The notes beneath the pieces were generated by a model. It was not told the origin of the DNA, did no database searches, and worked only from the letters and a program-made list of their open reading frames with translations. Source: an uncultured Candidatus Saccharibacteria bacterium (GTDB lineage Bacteria; Patescibacteriota; Minisyncoccia; Minisyncoccales; PEYH01). Taken from it: 24,000 bases of DNA. This document shows, piece by piece, positions 1-9,310 of the stretch (positions within the stretch are counted from its first letter, which is position 1; every line of letters begins with the position of its first letter). A program made the translations under genes and the position numbers. The stretch spans positions 8,277 through 32,276 of the forward strand of contig CAYYED010000022.1 of NCBI GenBank assembly GCA_964470785.1, read 5' to 3'.

Positions 1-2
1 AT

Positions 3-797
3 ATTTGGACTCCTTGGTTTAGTATTTTTGGCTCTAAGTCCGGGTTTGATTCTTTGGAAGAGTGTTTTGAGGATTTAACAAAACACATTTATGCCATTGA
101 AACCGGTTTAAGCTCGGACCCCCAAATGAACTGGCGGCTGTCAGCCCTGGACAATATTACTCTTATTAGCAATTCTGATGCTCATTCTTGCGAAAAAATA
201 GCCAGAGAAGCAAATGTTTTTGAAACGGATTTAAGTTATAATGCCATTGTAAAAGCAATTAAAACCAAAAACCCGAAAGAGTTTTTGTACACAATTGAAT
301 TTTATCCCCAAGAAGGCAAATATCATTATGACGGGCATCGCGACTGCGAAGTGGTGCTTTCTCCGGAAGAATCCAAAAAATATAATAATGTCTGCCCAAA
401 ATGCGGAAAACCATTAGTGCTGGGCGTAGAAAATAGAGTAGAAAAATTGGCAGATAGAAAGCAGGGCTTTATTCCCGAAGGCGCTATTCCCTACAAAAGT
501 TTGGTTCCCTTAAAAGAAATAATTGCCGAGTCCTTTTATTGCGGAGTAAGCACAAAAAAAGTGCAAGAAGAATATAATAATTTAATAAAAGCATTTGGAA
601 ACGAACTCAAGGTACTCTTAGAAGCAGAAAGCAATGAATTAAAAAATATTGCTTTGCCCGAAGTGTCTGAAGGCATTATCAGAGCAAGAACAGGAAAGGT
701 GATTATTGAGCCCGGATATGACGGTGTTTTCGGAAAAGTAAAGATTTTTTCCAAAGAAGAAAGAAAATGTTTTATAGGACAGAAAGTACTGTTTTAA
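3..797 (+). CDS. Endonuclease Q-like PHP-domain protein (TIGR00375-type), C-terminal part; the 5' end lies upstream of the window
   Basis: Frame 3 is open from base 3 (IWTPWFSIFGSKSGFDSLEECF...). Motifs GLSSDPQMNWR, SNSDAHS, a CPKCG zinc-ribbon and a GYDGVFGKV tail match my recollection of EndoQ/TIGR00375 proteins. Stop codon at 795-797. Confidence 0.6.
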   Translation: MWTPWFSIFGSKSGFDSLEECFEDLTKHIYAIETGLSSDPQMNWRLSALDNITLISNSDAHSCEKIAREANVFETDLSYNAIVKAIKTKNPKEFLYTIEFYPQEGKYHYDGHRDCEVVLSPEESKKYNNVCPKCGKPLVLGVENRVEKLADRKQGFIPEGAIPYKSLVPLKEIIAESFYCGVSTKKVQEEYNNLIKAFGNELKVLLEAESNELKNIALPEVSEGIIRARTGKVIIEPGYDGVFGKVKIFSKEERKCFIGQKVLF

Positions 798-799
798 GA

Positions 800-1012
800 T
801 GAAGCGAAAAACTGACACAACAGTGTCATCCCCACGCAGGCGGGGATCCAAACAATGGATTCCCGTCCCCGCCTCCGCGGGGACAGGCCCCCGCGGGAAT
901 GACAGAAGAGATTGGGAATGCCTGTCCCCGTGAATTCTGTCCCCGTGAAGCATGTCCCCGTGAAAACGGGGAACGGGGAACAGGGAACGAGGAACAGGGA
1001 ACGGGGAACAAA
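800..1012. repeat. GC-rich REP-like cluster with a VIPTQAGI-type palindrome, 3 x TGTCCCCGTGAA (15-bp period) and 6 x CGGGGAA-type heptamers
   Basis: GTCATCCCCACGCAGGCGGGGATCC palindrome. TGTCCCCGTGAA at 923, 938 and 953. Heptamer run at 967-1008, partly complementary to the CCCCG arms. The short ORFs across this stretch look like translation artefacts. Confidence 0.8.
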
Positions 1013-1049
1013 AGAGCTTTTGTCATTTTGAGCTTTACGCTGTAGTTTT

Positions 1050-1125
1050 GCCCGCCTGCAACGCTATGCTTGCATTGCGGGCAGGCCCGCCTGCAACGCT
1101 TTCAGCGTAGCTAATGCGGGCAGGC
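1050..1125. repeat. Two tandem copies of a GC-rich hairpin unit of about 37 bp (GCCCGCCTGCAACGC...TGCGGGCAGGC)
   Basis: Unit 1 spans 1050-1086 and unit 2 spans 1086-1125. Each folds into a stem of about 11 bp. Confidence 0.75.
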
Positions 1126-1151
1126 AATATTATTTGATAACCAGTGAAAAG

Positions 1152-1235
1152 GGCTACGAAATACGAATTCGTATGAATATACGAAAGATAAGGTTCATAA
1201 ATTCGTAGTTTCGTATGCATTCATATTTCGTAGCC
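1152..1235. repeat. Nested AT-type inverted repeat built from TACGAA/TTCGTA motifs, upstream of ftsZ
   Basis: GGCTACGAAATA (1152-1163) is the perfect inverse of TATTTCGTAGCC (1224-1235). There is an inner 12-bp palindrome TACGAATTCGTA at 1162-1173. A related TTCGTAAAT motif recurs at about 15030-15060. Confidence 0.75.
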
Positions 1236-1246
1236 AAATACAATGG

Positions 1247-1275
1247 TTGACCTTCCCTCATAAAAAGGTTAAATT
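1247..1275 (+). promoter_or_regulatory. Possible ftsZ promoter (TTGACC-N17-TAAATT)
   Basis: -35 TTGACC at 1247-1252, 17-nt spacer, -10 TAAATT at 1270-1275. The ATG lies 8 nt after the -10 and no SD is visible. Confidence 0.35.
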
Positions 1276-1283
1276 AAAATAAG

Positions 1284-2702
1284 ATGTCAAAAAAGAAAAA
1301 AATAAATAAAAAGCCCCATATGCCCAATAAAAAGGATAAGAAAGCAGAAATGAAAAAAGCAGTGCCGGATAAAAACGCCGAATCAAGGGTCTGGCAGCCC
1401 CATATTGCCGTAGTTGGTATTGGCGGAGGCGGTTCTACTATTGTCTCTGAAATAGCTAAAAAAATCTATCATAAAAAACTGCCTCATCTTAACAAAATTC
1501 AATTTATTGCCGCTAACGTTGACTCTCAAGCACTTAGGTCTATTTCGGGTAAGACAAAACCATTCGCCTTTGGAAAAAATTTTACCAAAGGGCTGGGTTG
1601 CGGAATGAATCCAGATTTGGGCGAAAAAGCGGCTGAGGAGGCAAAGAAAAGAATTAAAAAAATACTTCAAAAAAGCGATTTTTGCATTTTTGTTACCTGT
1701 CTTGGCGGAGGAACCGGTTCCGGTTCTGCGCCTATTTTTACCAGAATAGCCAAAGAGATGGGTATTTTAAGCTGGGGGATTTTCACCCGGCCCTTCCGTT
1801 TTGAGGGAAAAGAAAGGGTTCAAATAGCCAAAAACGCTTTGAAAAAGACCGTTCCTTTTCTTGATTCTTTTACCATAATGTACAATCAGCGCATTTTTAA
1901 AATCGTAGAAACAAAAACTTCTTTGCAAAAATCGCTTTCAGCAATGAATAATTTACTGGCAGATGCTTTAGAAGGACTTATTGAAACCCTTTACGCTCCC
2001 GGTTTGATTAATCTTGATTTTTCTGACATTAAAACGGTTTTACAAAGCACCAGCGCCAATAAAGCCACATATTTACATTCTCAAGAATGCGGCGGAAAAG
2101 AACGGGCAGAAAAAACAATTCAAGCAGTTCTCAAAAATCCTTTGATTCAGCACAAAATTATCGGAGCCGAAAAAATTCTTTTTAATATTGGCGGGTCAAA
2201 AGATATGAAAATGGCTGAAGTAGAAAAAATAAGCAAAGAGATTGCTGCTTTTAATCCCAATGCAAAAATTATTTTTGGAGTAATGCAAAACGGCCATTAT
2301 GAGGGAAAAATAAGAATTACTCTTTTGGCAGTGGGTTGCGGCAAAACGCAAAAAAAGAAGAAAGAAAGAAAAACTATCAAAAAACCGGTCCAAAAGCCGG
2401 CTCAAGAACCGGCTAAGCCGAGCTCATCGGCAAAGCCCGAGAAGGCAAAAAATCCCAAAAAAACCAAAACATCTAAGCCCAAGAAGAAAAAAGTAAAGAC
2501 CGCTTCGCCACATAAAAGCAGGCCTAAAAACAAAAAAACAATAAAAGAAAAAAAAGAGGAAGAGCCGCTGATATCCGAAAAAAAGACGGTTAGACGCAAT
2601 GCCTTGGATCTACACCGCCAAGCCAAAGAAAATGAAGAAAAAATGTTAGAGGAAGAGACCAAATGGGATATTCCTGCTTTCTTGAGGGCTGAAAAAAAAT
2701 AA
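1284..2702 (+). CDS. ftsZ: Cell division protein FtsZ with Lys-rich N-terminal extension and long Lys-rich C-terminal linker
   Basis: VVGIGGGGSTIV and the GGGTGSGSAPI tubulin signature are present. The conserved C-terminal peptide is WDIPAFLRAEKK. Confidence 0.95.
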   Translation: MSKKKKINKKPHMPNKKDKKAEMKKAVPDKNAESRVWQPHIAVVGIGGGGSTIVSEIAKKIYHKKLPHLNKIQFIAANVDSQALRSISGKTKPFAFGKNFTKGLGCGMNPDLGEKAAEEAKKRIKKILQKSDFCIFVTCLGGGTGSGSAPIFTRIAKEMGILSWGIFTRPFRFEGKERVQIAKNALKKTVPFLDSFTIMYNQRIFKIVETKTSLQKSLSAMNNLLADALEGLIETLYAPGLINLDFSDIKTVLQSTSANKATYLHSQECGGKERAEKTIQAVLKNPLIQHKIIGAEKILFNIGGSKDMKMAEVEKISKEIAAFNPNAKIIFGVMQNGHYEGKIRITLLAVGCGKTQKKKKERKTIKKPVQKPAQEPAKPSSSAKPEKAKNPKKTKTSKPKKKKVKTASPHKSRPKNKKTIKEKKEEEPLISEKKTVRRNALDLHRQAKENEEKMLEEETKWDIPAFLRAEKK

Positions 2703-2708
2703 AATAAA

Positions 2709-2860
2709 ATTGCTTCGTCGCTCCCTCCGGTCGCTCCTCGCAATGACGAAGCGGGGTTATTACAAGACCGCCTATTTGTCATTGTGAGGGCGAGGCCCGA
2801 AGCAGTCTATCCTGCAGACATTCTCCCCGTCATTGCGAGCGGAGCGAAGCAATCTATTCA
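2709..2860. repeat. GC-rich REP-like cluster (ATTGCTTCGTCGCTCC...CTCGCAATGACG family and GTCATTGCGAGC...GAAGCAATC family)
   Basis: Positions 2709-2749 are near-identical (about 3 mismatches) to 12526-12566. Further palindromic GTCATTG(T/C)GAG units follow. Confidence 0.85.
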
Positions 2861-2863
2861 CAT

Positions 2864-3757
2864 ATGAAAAACCAAGACGCAACAATTAAAAAAGTAATTA
2901 TTCCTATTGCCGGACTGGGCACTCGTTTTTTGCCTTTATCAAAGATTATCCCCAAAGAAGCAATGCCCTTGGTTGATAAACCGGTTTTGCAAAAATTGGT
3001 AGAAGAGGCAAGAGGTTTTGGAGCAGAACAGATAATTTTTGTTATTAGCAAAGACAAAAAGCCGATTCTTAATTACTTCAAAAATAATCCCGAGTTAAAA
3101 AAACTTCTTAAGCAAAGAGGAAAAAACAAAGAACTGCAAGAGCTGAATAATTTGGAAAATCTGACAAAACCGCTTAGTTTTTCTTTTGTTGAACAAAAAA
3201 AGCCGCTGGGTGACGGCCATGCTATTCTTCAGGTAGGACAAAAAATCAGGGAGGAAACCGTAGGGGTTTTATTCGGCGATGATATCGTAGAGTCGGAAAC
3301 TCCTTGCTTAGAACAATTAAACAGTGTTTATAAAACCTGCCAAAGGCCGGTAATTGCGCTTTGCAAGGTTCCTAAAAACAAACTTTCCAATTACGGCATG
3401 GTGAAGGTGGAAAAGATTGCCCGGCGGGTATATAAAATTAAAAATATTATAGAAAAGCCATCTATAGAGCAGGCGCCTTCTGATTTGGCTATTGTGGGAA
3501 AATATATTTTAACCTCCGAGTCCTTTGATTTTCTAAAAAACACTAAGCCGAATCCTAAAGGAGAGATTATTTTAGCAAATGCCTTCAAAGATATGCTGCA
3601 AGCAGGCAAAAGCATTTATGGTTATGAGATTGACGGCAAGTGGCTGGAATGCGGCAATAAATTAGAGTGGCTGAAAACTAATGCTTATCTTTCTCTAAAG
3701 GACCCTCGTTTCGGCCCGGCAATTAAAGAATTTTTAAAAGAAAACAAACTCATTTAG
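2864..3757 (+). CDS. galU: UTP--glucose-1-phosphate uridylyltransferase
   Basis: N-terminal IPIAGLGTRFLPLSKIIPKEAMPLVDKPVLQ nucleotidyltransferase motif. Length 297 aa. Confidence 0.9.
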   Translation: MKNQDATIKKVIIPIAGLGTRFLPLSKIIPKEAMPLVDKPVLQKLVEEARGFGAEQIIFVISKDKKPILNYFKNNPELKKLLKQRGKNKELQELNNLENLTKPLSFSFVEQKKPLGDGHAILQVGQKIREETVGVLFGDDIVESETPCLEQLNSVYKTCQRPVIALCKVPKNKLSNYGMVKVEKIARRVYKIKNIIEKPSIEQAPSDLAIVGKYILTSESFDFLKNTKPNPKGEIILANAFKDMLQAGKSIYGYEIDGKWLECGNKLEWLKTNAYLSLKDPRFGPAIKEFLKENKLI

Positions 3758-3773
3758 TTTTAGAATATTATTT

Positions 3774-4703
3774 ATGGAAACACATAATTTATACGATTTA
3801 ATTATTATTGGCGGCGGACCGGCAGGCATTACGGCCGGTCTTTATGCTGTCAGGGAAAGATTAAATGCCCTTGTAATTACTAAAAGTTTTGGCGGGCAAA
3901 TTGCCCAAAAAACCGTGCCCGTGGAGAACTGGCCCGGCAATAAAAAAATCACGGGAATGGATTTAATCAAAAATTTTGAAAAACACCTAAGGAGCTATCC
4001 CATAGACATTGAAAAAGACGGGGTAACAAACGTAAAGAAACTGGAAAACTATTTTTTGGTTAAAACTTCCGGCCGGCATTACTTTAAAACGAAGGCAGTA
4101 ATTGTTTGTACGGGCGCCGATCCCCGGCTTTTGGAAATTAAAGGTGAAAAAAAATTTATTGGCAAGGGCGTGAGCTACTGCGTGCTTTGCGATGGTCCAC
4201 TCTTTAATAATAAGGATGTAGCAGTAATCGGCGGAGGAAATTCTGCTTTTGAAGCAGTATTATTCTTGGCAAAATATGCCAAGAAAATTTATGTTTTAGA
4301 ATATCAGGAACAAATCCCGGCTTTTAAGGATTTACAGGAAAAAGCAGAAAAAACAGGCAAAGTGGAGATAATTACCGGCGTAGTAAGCAAAGAAATAAAG
4401 GGTTCCAATCTTGTAGAACAGCTTGTATATGAAGACAGAAAAACCAAAGAAGTAAAAATCCTCAATGTTTCGGGAATTTTTGTGGAAATCGGCAATCAAC
4501 CGGCCACCTCTTTCGTCAAAGAATTAGTGGACTTCAGTGAAAAAGATGAAATAAAAATTGATCTTGACACTTGCCAGACAAAAACTCCCGGACTTTTCGC
4601 TTGCGGCGATGTCACCCAGGTCTTTCCTAAACAAATAGTTACGGCAGCCGGCGAGGGCTCCAAAGCGGCAGTCAGCGCCTACCAATATATTCAAGAACTA
4701 TAA
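3774..4703 (+). CDS. trxB: Thioredoxin-disulfide reductase
   Basis: FAD motif IIIGGGPAG, redox CVLCDG (CxxC), NADPH motif VIGGGNSAFE and C-terminal GDV...QIVTAAGEG. Confidence 0.9.
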   Translation: METHNLYDLIIIGGGPAGITAGLYAVRERLNALVITKSFGGQIAQKTVPVENWPGNKKITGMDLIKNFEKHLRSYPIDIEKDGVTNVKKLENYFLVKTSGRHYFKTKAVIVCTGADPRLLEIKGEKKFIGKGVSYCVLCDGPLFNNKDVAVIGGGNSAFEAVLFLAKYAKKIYVLEYQEQIPAFKDLQEKAEKTGKVEIITGVVSKEIKGSNLVEQLVYEDRKTKEVKILNVSGIFVEIGNQPATSFVKELVDFSEKDEIKIDLDTCQTKTPGLFACGDVTQVFPKQIVTAAGEGSKAAVSAYQYIQEL

Positions 4704-4762
4704 AATAACTAATGCGAAATATGCAGATGCAGACAATTAAAGTTGGGCTAACTTAACCCAAG

Positions 4763-4811
4763 CCCCCTCTTTTTCCCCCTTCCCTTCAGGGGAAGGGGGA
4801 GATAGAGGGGG
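4763..4811. repeat. C-rich/G-rich palindromic element (hairpin of about 22 bp) between trxB and eno
   Basis: CCCCCTCTTTTTCCCCCTTCCC / GGGAAGGGGGAGATAGAGGGGG arms pair around a 5-nt loop. It is the same style as the element inside trpS at 21239-21285. Confidence 0.8.
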
Positions 4812-4839
4812 AAGGGGTAATTTCGTAATTAAAAGCATT

Positions 4840-6081
4840 ATGTCCGGCATAAAATCAATTCAGGCAAAAGAAATTAAGGATTCCCGCGGGAAGCCGACAT
4901 TGGAAGTAGAGGCAAGAGCAGGGGATTTTATCGTAACTGCCGGCGTACCAAGCGGCGCTTCTACCGGCTCGTTAGAGGCAAAAGTAATAGATATAAATCA
5001 GGCAATTGATAATGTAAATAATATTATTGCCCCACGCTTGATTGATAAAAATCCAACAGAGCAAAAAGAGGTTGATGCCCTGCTTTTGGAATTAGACGGA
5101 ACCGAAGATAAATCAAATCTTGGCGGCAATGCTTTGGTCGGGGTATCAATGGCAATTGCCAAATTAGGCGCTAAAACAAATAATATTCCTTTATGGCAGC
5201 ATATTAGCCAACAATTTCAAAAACAACTGTCCCAAAATGTCAATACCACATTTTCTACGATCGTAGAAAATACGGTATTGCCAAAACCGGCTTTCAATAT
5301 TATCAATGGCGGGGCGCATGCTCAAAATGAGCTGGATATTCAAGAGTTTATGATTGTACCCCAGTCGCAATTGTTTTCAGAAAATTTTGAGCAAGCAAAA
5401 AAAATTTATCAAGAACTGGAAGCGGTTCTTAAAGAAAAAATAGGGGAAGAGTTGGAGATCGGAGATGAAGGCGGATATGCCCCTAATTTAGAAACTGCCA
5501 AAGAAGCGCTTAACGCTATTATGTATGCGGCCAAAAAAATTCCCGAAAAAATCAAAATTATTCTTGATTGCGCGGCAAGCGAATTTTTTGAAAAAGGAAA
5601 TTATTTTATAGAAGGCATCACTCGCTCCAAACAAGAATTGCTGAAATATTATAAGGACCTAATTGTCCAATATCCAATTATTGGATTAGAAGACCCGTTT
5701 GCGGAAAATGACTGGGAGGGGTGGAAAATGTTAATGTCAATGCTCAGCGAGCAAGGGCAAAAAATTACCGTTATTGGAGATGATTTGCTGGTAACTAATC
5801 CAAAAAGAATCAAGGAGGCAGCGGAAAAGACTGCTTGTAATGGAGCAATTATTAAAATCAATCAGATTGGGACGGTGAGCGAAGCAATAGAAGCAGTAAG
5901 GTTGGCAAAATCATATCATTGGAAAACAATGGTTTCACACCGTTCCGGAGAGACATTAGATGATTTTATCGCTGATTTTAGCGTCGGAGTCGGCGCTGAT
6001 TTTATTAAATCCGGAGCTCCGGCAAAACCGGAAAGATTGGCAAAATATAATCGTCTTTTACAAATAGAAAAAGAAACATAA
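4840..6081 (+). CDS. eno: Enolase (phosphopyruvate hydratase)
   Basis: [22 protein letters not shown]-terminus, [18 protein letters not shown] and IKINQIGT motifs. Confidence 0.95.
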   Translation: MSGIKSIQAKEIKDSRGKPTLEVEARAGDFIVTAGVPSGASTGSLEAKVIDINQAIDNVNNIIAPRLIDKNPTEQKEVDALLLELDGTEDKSNLGGNALVGVSMAIAKLGAKTNNIPLWQHISQQFQKQLSQNVNTTFSTIVENTVLPKPAFNIINGGAHAQNELDIQEFMIVPQSQLFSENFEQAKKIYQELEAVLKEKIGEELEIGDEGGYAPNLETAKEALNAIMYAAKKIPEKIKIILDCAASEFFEKGNYFIEGITRSKQELLKYYKDLIVQYPIIGLEDPFAENDWEGWKMLMSMLSEQGQKITVIGDDLLVTNPKRIKEAAEKTACNGAIIKINQIGTVSEAIEAVRLAKSYHWKTMVSHRSGETLDDFIADFSVGVGADFIKSGAPAKPERLAKYNRLLQIEKET

Positions 6082-6103
6082 AAACAATATTATAAAAATA
6101 AAA

Positions 6104-6850
6104 ATGTATAAATTATTTTTATTAAGGCACGGAGAAAGTATTTGGAATAAAGAAAACAAATTTACCGGCTGGACCGATGTGGGATTAACTAAAAAAGGAT
6201 TAAAAGAAGCAAGCGAAGCGGGCAAGCTTTTTAAAAAACAAGGATATATTTTTGATATTGCTTTTACTTCTTTTTTAAAAAAAGCTACCAAAACCCTTGA
6301 TTTAGTTTTAAAAGAAATGCAATTAAAACATATCCCTGTTAAAAAATCTTGGCGCTTAAACGAAAGATTTTACGGTGCCTTGCAAGGGTTAAACAAAGCA
6401 GAAACAGCTAAAAAATATGGAGAAAAAATGGTTCATTCGTGGAGAAGAAGTTATAATTTAAGACCGCCAGCAATTACGAAAAAAGACAGGCGATATCCGG
6501 GAAAAGATCCTTTATACAAAAACTTAAAAAAGAAAGAATTGCCCCTAACCGAATCCCTTAAAGATGTCCAAAAAAGATTGCTTCCTTACTGGAAATCAGA
6601 AATTATGCCAGAAGTTAAGGCAGAAAAGAAAGTTTTGATTTGTGCGCACGGAAATAGCTTGAGGGCACTGGTTAAATATTTGGATAATATTTCTGACAAA
6701 AAAATAGAAAATGTTAACATTCCCACAGGCGTTCCACTTGTATACGAACTTAATCAAAAAATGAAACCAATAAAAAAGTATTACCTTGGAGATCCAAAAA
6801 AATTAAAACAAAAAATTAAAATCGTTATAAAACAAGGGAAGGCGCGTTAG
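6104..6850 (+). CDS. gpmA: 2,3-bisphosphoglycerate-dependent phosphoglycerate mutase
   Basis: [21 protein letters not shown] catalytic-His motif, [12 protein letters not shown] and [10 protein letters not shown]. Confidence 0.9.
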   Translation: MYKLFLLRHGESIWNKENKFTGWTDVGLTKKGLKEASEAGKLFKKQGYIFDIAFTSFLKKATKTLDLVLKEMQLKHIPVKKSWRLNERFYGALQGLNKAETAKKYGEKMVHSWRRSYNLRPPAITKKDRRYPGKDPLYKNLKKKELPLTESLKDVQKRLLPYWKSEIMPEVKAEKKVLICAHGNSLRALVKYLDNISDKKIENVNIPTGVPLVYELNQKMKPIKKYYLGDPKKLKQKIKIVIKQGKAR

Positions 6851-6959
6851 TTAATTTTTGCTCTAAGTGTGGTTGTTGATATTTTATTTGGCAATATTAT
6901 AAAAATATGTTAAATTGTTTATATAATAATTAATCATCAGTTTTTTAACTGTTAATTTT

Positions 6960-7691
6960 ATGGCAGATACAAGAGATAAACAAAGCAAAGGCCCTCTCTT
7001 TTGGGCACAAACCGGAATTATCGTTATTTTGCTTGGCTTGCTTCTTTTCCAATATGCCGGATTTGGAAACGAAGGCACTATATCTAAGGACAAGCTCGCC
7101 GAACAAGTAATAAGCTTTATCAAAGAAAAATTGGCCGGGCCAGACCTTGAGCTTGAATATGCGGGAGTAGAAGAAGAAAGCGGATTTTATAAAATAAATT
7201 TTACAATAAAAGGGAATGAACAATATCCAGATCAAGAAGAAAAAGTTTATGTTTCCAAAGACGGAAAGTATTTATTCTTTGAGCCCATTGATATGGAAAC
7301 CTTTGGCCAAGAAGAAATGCAACAGCCAGAAGAAATAGAAGGAAATACAGAACCCACTTCTAATATTGACCCCGAAGAAATGAAAAGCTTCGTTAACTGC
7401 CTTAAAGAAAAAGGATTTTTAATATATGGCGCAGATTGGTGCGGATATACCAAGAAGGTAATAGCTTTGCTTGGCGGAAGAGAAATCGTAGACCCAATAT
7501 ATATAGAATGCACCGAGCAAGAAAAATTGTGTAATGAAAAAGAAATCACAGGATATCCTACTATTTTAATTAATGGCCAAACATATCAGAACGATAGAAC
7601 AATCTATGCTTTTGCTGAAACTACCGGATGTCCTGCTCCGGAAGAGCCTGAAAATATTTCTGTAGATGTTCCCGAAGGAGAGTGTCAGTAA
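6960..7691 (+). CDS. Membrane-anchored thioredoxin-fold protein (VKOR-associated Trx-like type) with a monothiol WCGYT motif
   Basis: One N-terminal TM helix (LFWAQTGIIVILLGLLLF). C-terminal YGADWCGYTKK...ECTEQEKLCNEKEITGYPTILING resembles Trx-like domains, but the second active-site Cys is Thr. Confidence 0.6.
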   Translation: MADTRDKQSKGPLFWAQTGIIVILLGLLLFQYAGFGNEGTISKDKLAEQVISFIKEKLAGPDLELEYAGVEEESGFYKINFTIKGNEQYPDQEEKVYVSKDGKYLFFEPIDMETFGQEEMQQPEEIEGNTEPTSNIDPEEMKSFVNCLKEKGFLIYGADWCGYTKKVIALLGGREIVDPIYIECTEQEKLCNEKEITGYPTILINGQTYQNDRTIYAFAETTGCPAPEEPENISVDVPEGECQ

Positions 7692-7724
7692 TATAACAAT
7701 ATAATTCAAAACAATAATCTTATT

Positions 7725-7961
7725 ATGCCCAAAATCAAAGTGTACACTGCTCCGGCTTGCGTATATTGCGAACTTTTAAAACAATATCTTAAAGAGCATA
7801 ATATTGAATTTGAAAAAATAGATGTTTCGGAGAATGAAAAAGAAGCCGAGAAAATGATTGAAAAAAGCGGGCAAATGGGCGTGCCGGTTATTGAGATAGA
7901 CGGGGAAATAGTGGTGGGATTTGATAAGGCAAAAATAGCGGGACTGTTGAATATTAAATAA
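7725..7961 (+). CDS. Glutaredoxin-like small redox protein (NrdH/YruB-like)
   Basis: 78 aa, with KVYTAPACVYCELLKQYL (CxxC) and GVPVIEIDGEIVVGFD. Confidence 0.85.
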   Translation: MPKIKVYTAPACVYCELLKQYLKEHNIEFEKIDVSENEKEAEKMIEKSGQMGVPVIEIDGEIVVGFDKAKIAGLLNIK

Positions 7962-7964
7962 TAA

Positions 7965-8048
7965 CCGCTGATAGGTCGATGATTCCTACGCTGATAAAAC
8001 GCTGATATCAGCGTCAAATCAGCGTAGTCATCAGCGTTAATTCAGCGG
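7965..8048. repeat. Composite palindrome of CGCTGAT / ATCAGCG octamers between the grx-like gene and gap
   Basis: NCGCTGAT at 7965, 7988 and 7999. Mirrored ATCAGCGN at 8007, 8018, 8030 and 8041. The centre ACGCTGATATCAGCGT is a perfect 16-bp palindrome. Confidence 0.8.
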
Positions 8049-8054
8049 ACATTT

Positions 8055-9074
8055 ATGATAAAAATTGCTATCAATGGCTTTGGCCGAATCGGCCGGCTCA
8101 CTTTTCGCCACATTCTAAAGAATCATCCTGATATGGAGGTAGTGGCAATCAATGACTTGGGAGACCCCAAAATTTTGGCGCATTTGCTTAAATACGATAC
8201 TTCTTACGGCATTTACTCCAAAAAAGTGCGGCTTGGAGATGGCGAGTTTTTTGTAAACGGCAGTATTCGGGAAAAAGCAATTAAACTGCTTAATGAAAGG
8301 GAGCCGGAAAACCTTCCTTGGAAAAAACTGGAAGTGGATATTGTTTTGGAATGCACCGGTGTTTTTAGAGACAGAGAGGGGGCAGGGAAACACCTTAAAG
8401 CAGGAGCAAAATTTGTCATAATTTCTGCGCCGGCAAAAGATAATGGTATCCCCAGTTTTGTTTTAGGGGTTAATGAGGACGAGCTTGATATAGCAAAAAA
8501 TAATATTATAGATATGGGTTCTTGCACTACCAATTGCCTTGCTTCGGTTGCCAAAGTATTAAACGATAACTTTGGCATTGAAAAGGGTTTTATGACTACA
8601 ATCCATAGCTACACCAATGACCAAAGCATTCTTGATTTGGCCCATAAGGACTTGCGCCGGGCGCGCTCGGCAGCAGAAAACATTATTCCTACCACTACCG
8701 GCGCGGCAAAAGCAATTGGAAAAGTTATTCCTGAATTAAGGGGCAAGATAGGCGGAATGGCCGTAAGAGTGCCTACGCCCACCGTTTCCTTAATAGACTT
8801 GGTTTGTGTTTTAAAAAAAACGGCCACTGCTGAAGAAATAAATTATGCTTTTAAGCAAGAGTCGCAGAAAGAAAATTACAAAGGAATTTTAGGAATAGAA
8901 GACGCGCCTTTGGTTTCTTCTGATTATAAGGGCAATACGTTTTCTGCTATTGTAGATTCTGCTTATACTTCGGCTAATAAAAATTTAGTTAAAGTTCTTG
9001 CTTGGTATGACAATGAATACGCTTATGCCTGCCGCTTAGCCGAGTTCGCCGAATATGTCGGTAAGAAACTCTAA
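8055..9074 (+). CDS. gap: Glyceraldehyde-3-phosphate dehydrogenase (type I)
   Basis: KIAINGFGRIGR Rossmann motif, catalytic SCTTNCLA, and WYDNEYAY near the C-terminus. Confidence 0.95.
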   Translation: MIKIAINGFGRIGRLTFRHILKNHPDMEVVAINDLGDPKILAHLLKYDTSYGIYSKKVRLGDGEFFVNGSIREKAIKLLNEREPENLPWKKLEVDIVLECTGVFRDREGAGKHLKAGAKFVIISAPAKDNGIPSFVLGVNEDELDIAKNNIIDMGSCTTNCLASVAKVLNDNFGIEKGFMTTIHSYTNDQSILDLAHKDLRRARSAAENIIPTTTGAAKAIGKVIPELRGKIGGMAVRVPTPTVSLIDLVCVLKKTATAEEINYAFKQESQKENYKGILGIEDAPLVSSDYKGNTFSAIVDSAYTSANKNLVKVLAWYDNEYAYACRLAEFAEYVGKKL

Positions 9075-9122
9075 TTGTAGGTTGTCGTTTGTAAAGTTAA
9101 TTTATTGTTCGAGTTCATCGAG

Positions 9123-9150
9123 AACTACATAATTATTATTGTAGTTTTTT
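9123..9150 (+). terminator. Possible intrinsic terminator of gap
   Basis: AACTACA...TGTAGTT 7-bp AT-rich stem followed by a T run at 9145-9150. The stem is weak. Confidence 0.35.
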
Positions 9151-9164
9151 CTTGCCCCAAACTA

Positions 9165-9193
9165 TTGACAAATAATTGATAGTGTGCTATAAT
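9165..9193 (+). promoter_or_regulatory. Consensus extended -10 sigma70 promoter P1
   Basis: TTGACA at 9165-9170, 17-nt spacer ending in TGC, TATAAT at 9188-9193. Confidence 0.75.
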
Positions 9194-9237
9194 GTAATTG
9201 TCATAAAATGAGAAATCAAGAAAATAGACAAAGGGTC

Positions 9238-9266
9238 TTGACAAGAAATGGATAATATGATATAAT
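9238..9266 (+). promoter_or_regulatory. Consensus extended -10 sigma70 promoter P2
   Basis: TTGACA at 9238-9243, 17-nt spacer ending in TGA, TATAAT at 9261-9266. It lies exactly 73 bp after P1 and shares TATAATGTAATTGTC(A/G)TAAA with P1. Confidence 0.75.
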
Positions 9267-9310
9267 GTAATTGTCGTAAAGTGAAAAAAGAAAAAATAGG
9301 TTAGAAACTC

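Noticed and set aside
923-1008. CRISPR-like regular repeats (15-bp period TGTCCCCGTGAA, 7-bp GGGGAAC run)
   Set aside because: The units are far too short, there are no unique spacers of 25-40 bp, and no cas genes are present. It is a microsatellite/REP structure.
639-1220. ORFs 639-953(-), 826-1026(-) and 1035-1220(-) across the first intergenic region
   Set aside because: They run through REP-like palindromes and heptamer repeats and, for the first one, antisense to the EndoQ-like gene. The products are low-complexity Pro/Arg/Gly translations.
2402-2782. 126-aa minus-strand ORF
   Set aside because: It is antisense to the Lys-rich ftsZ tail, so it reads as poly-Phe/Leu, and it continues into a REP element. 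This is an artefact.
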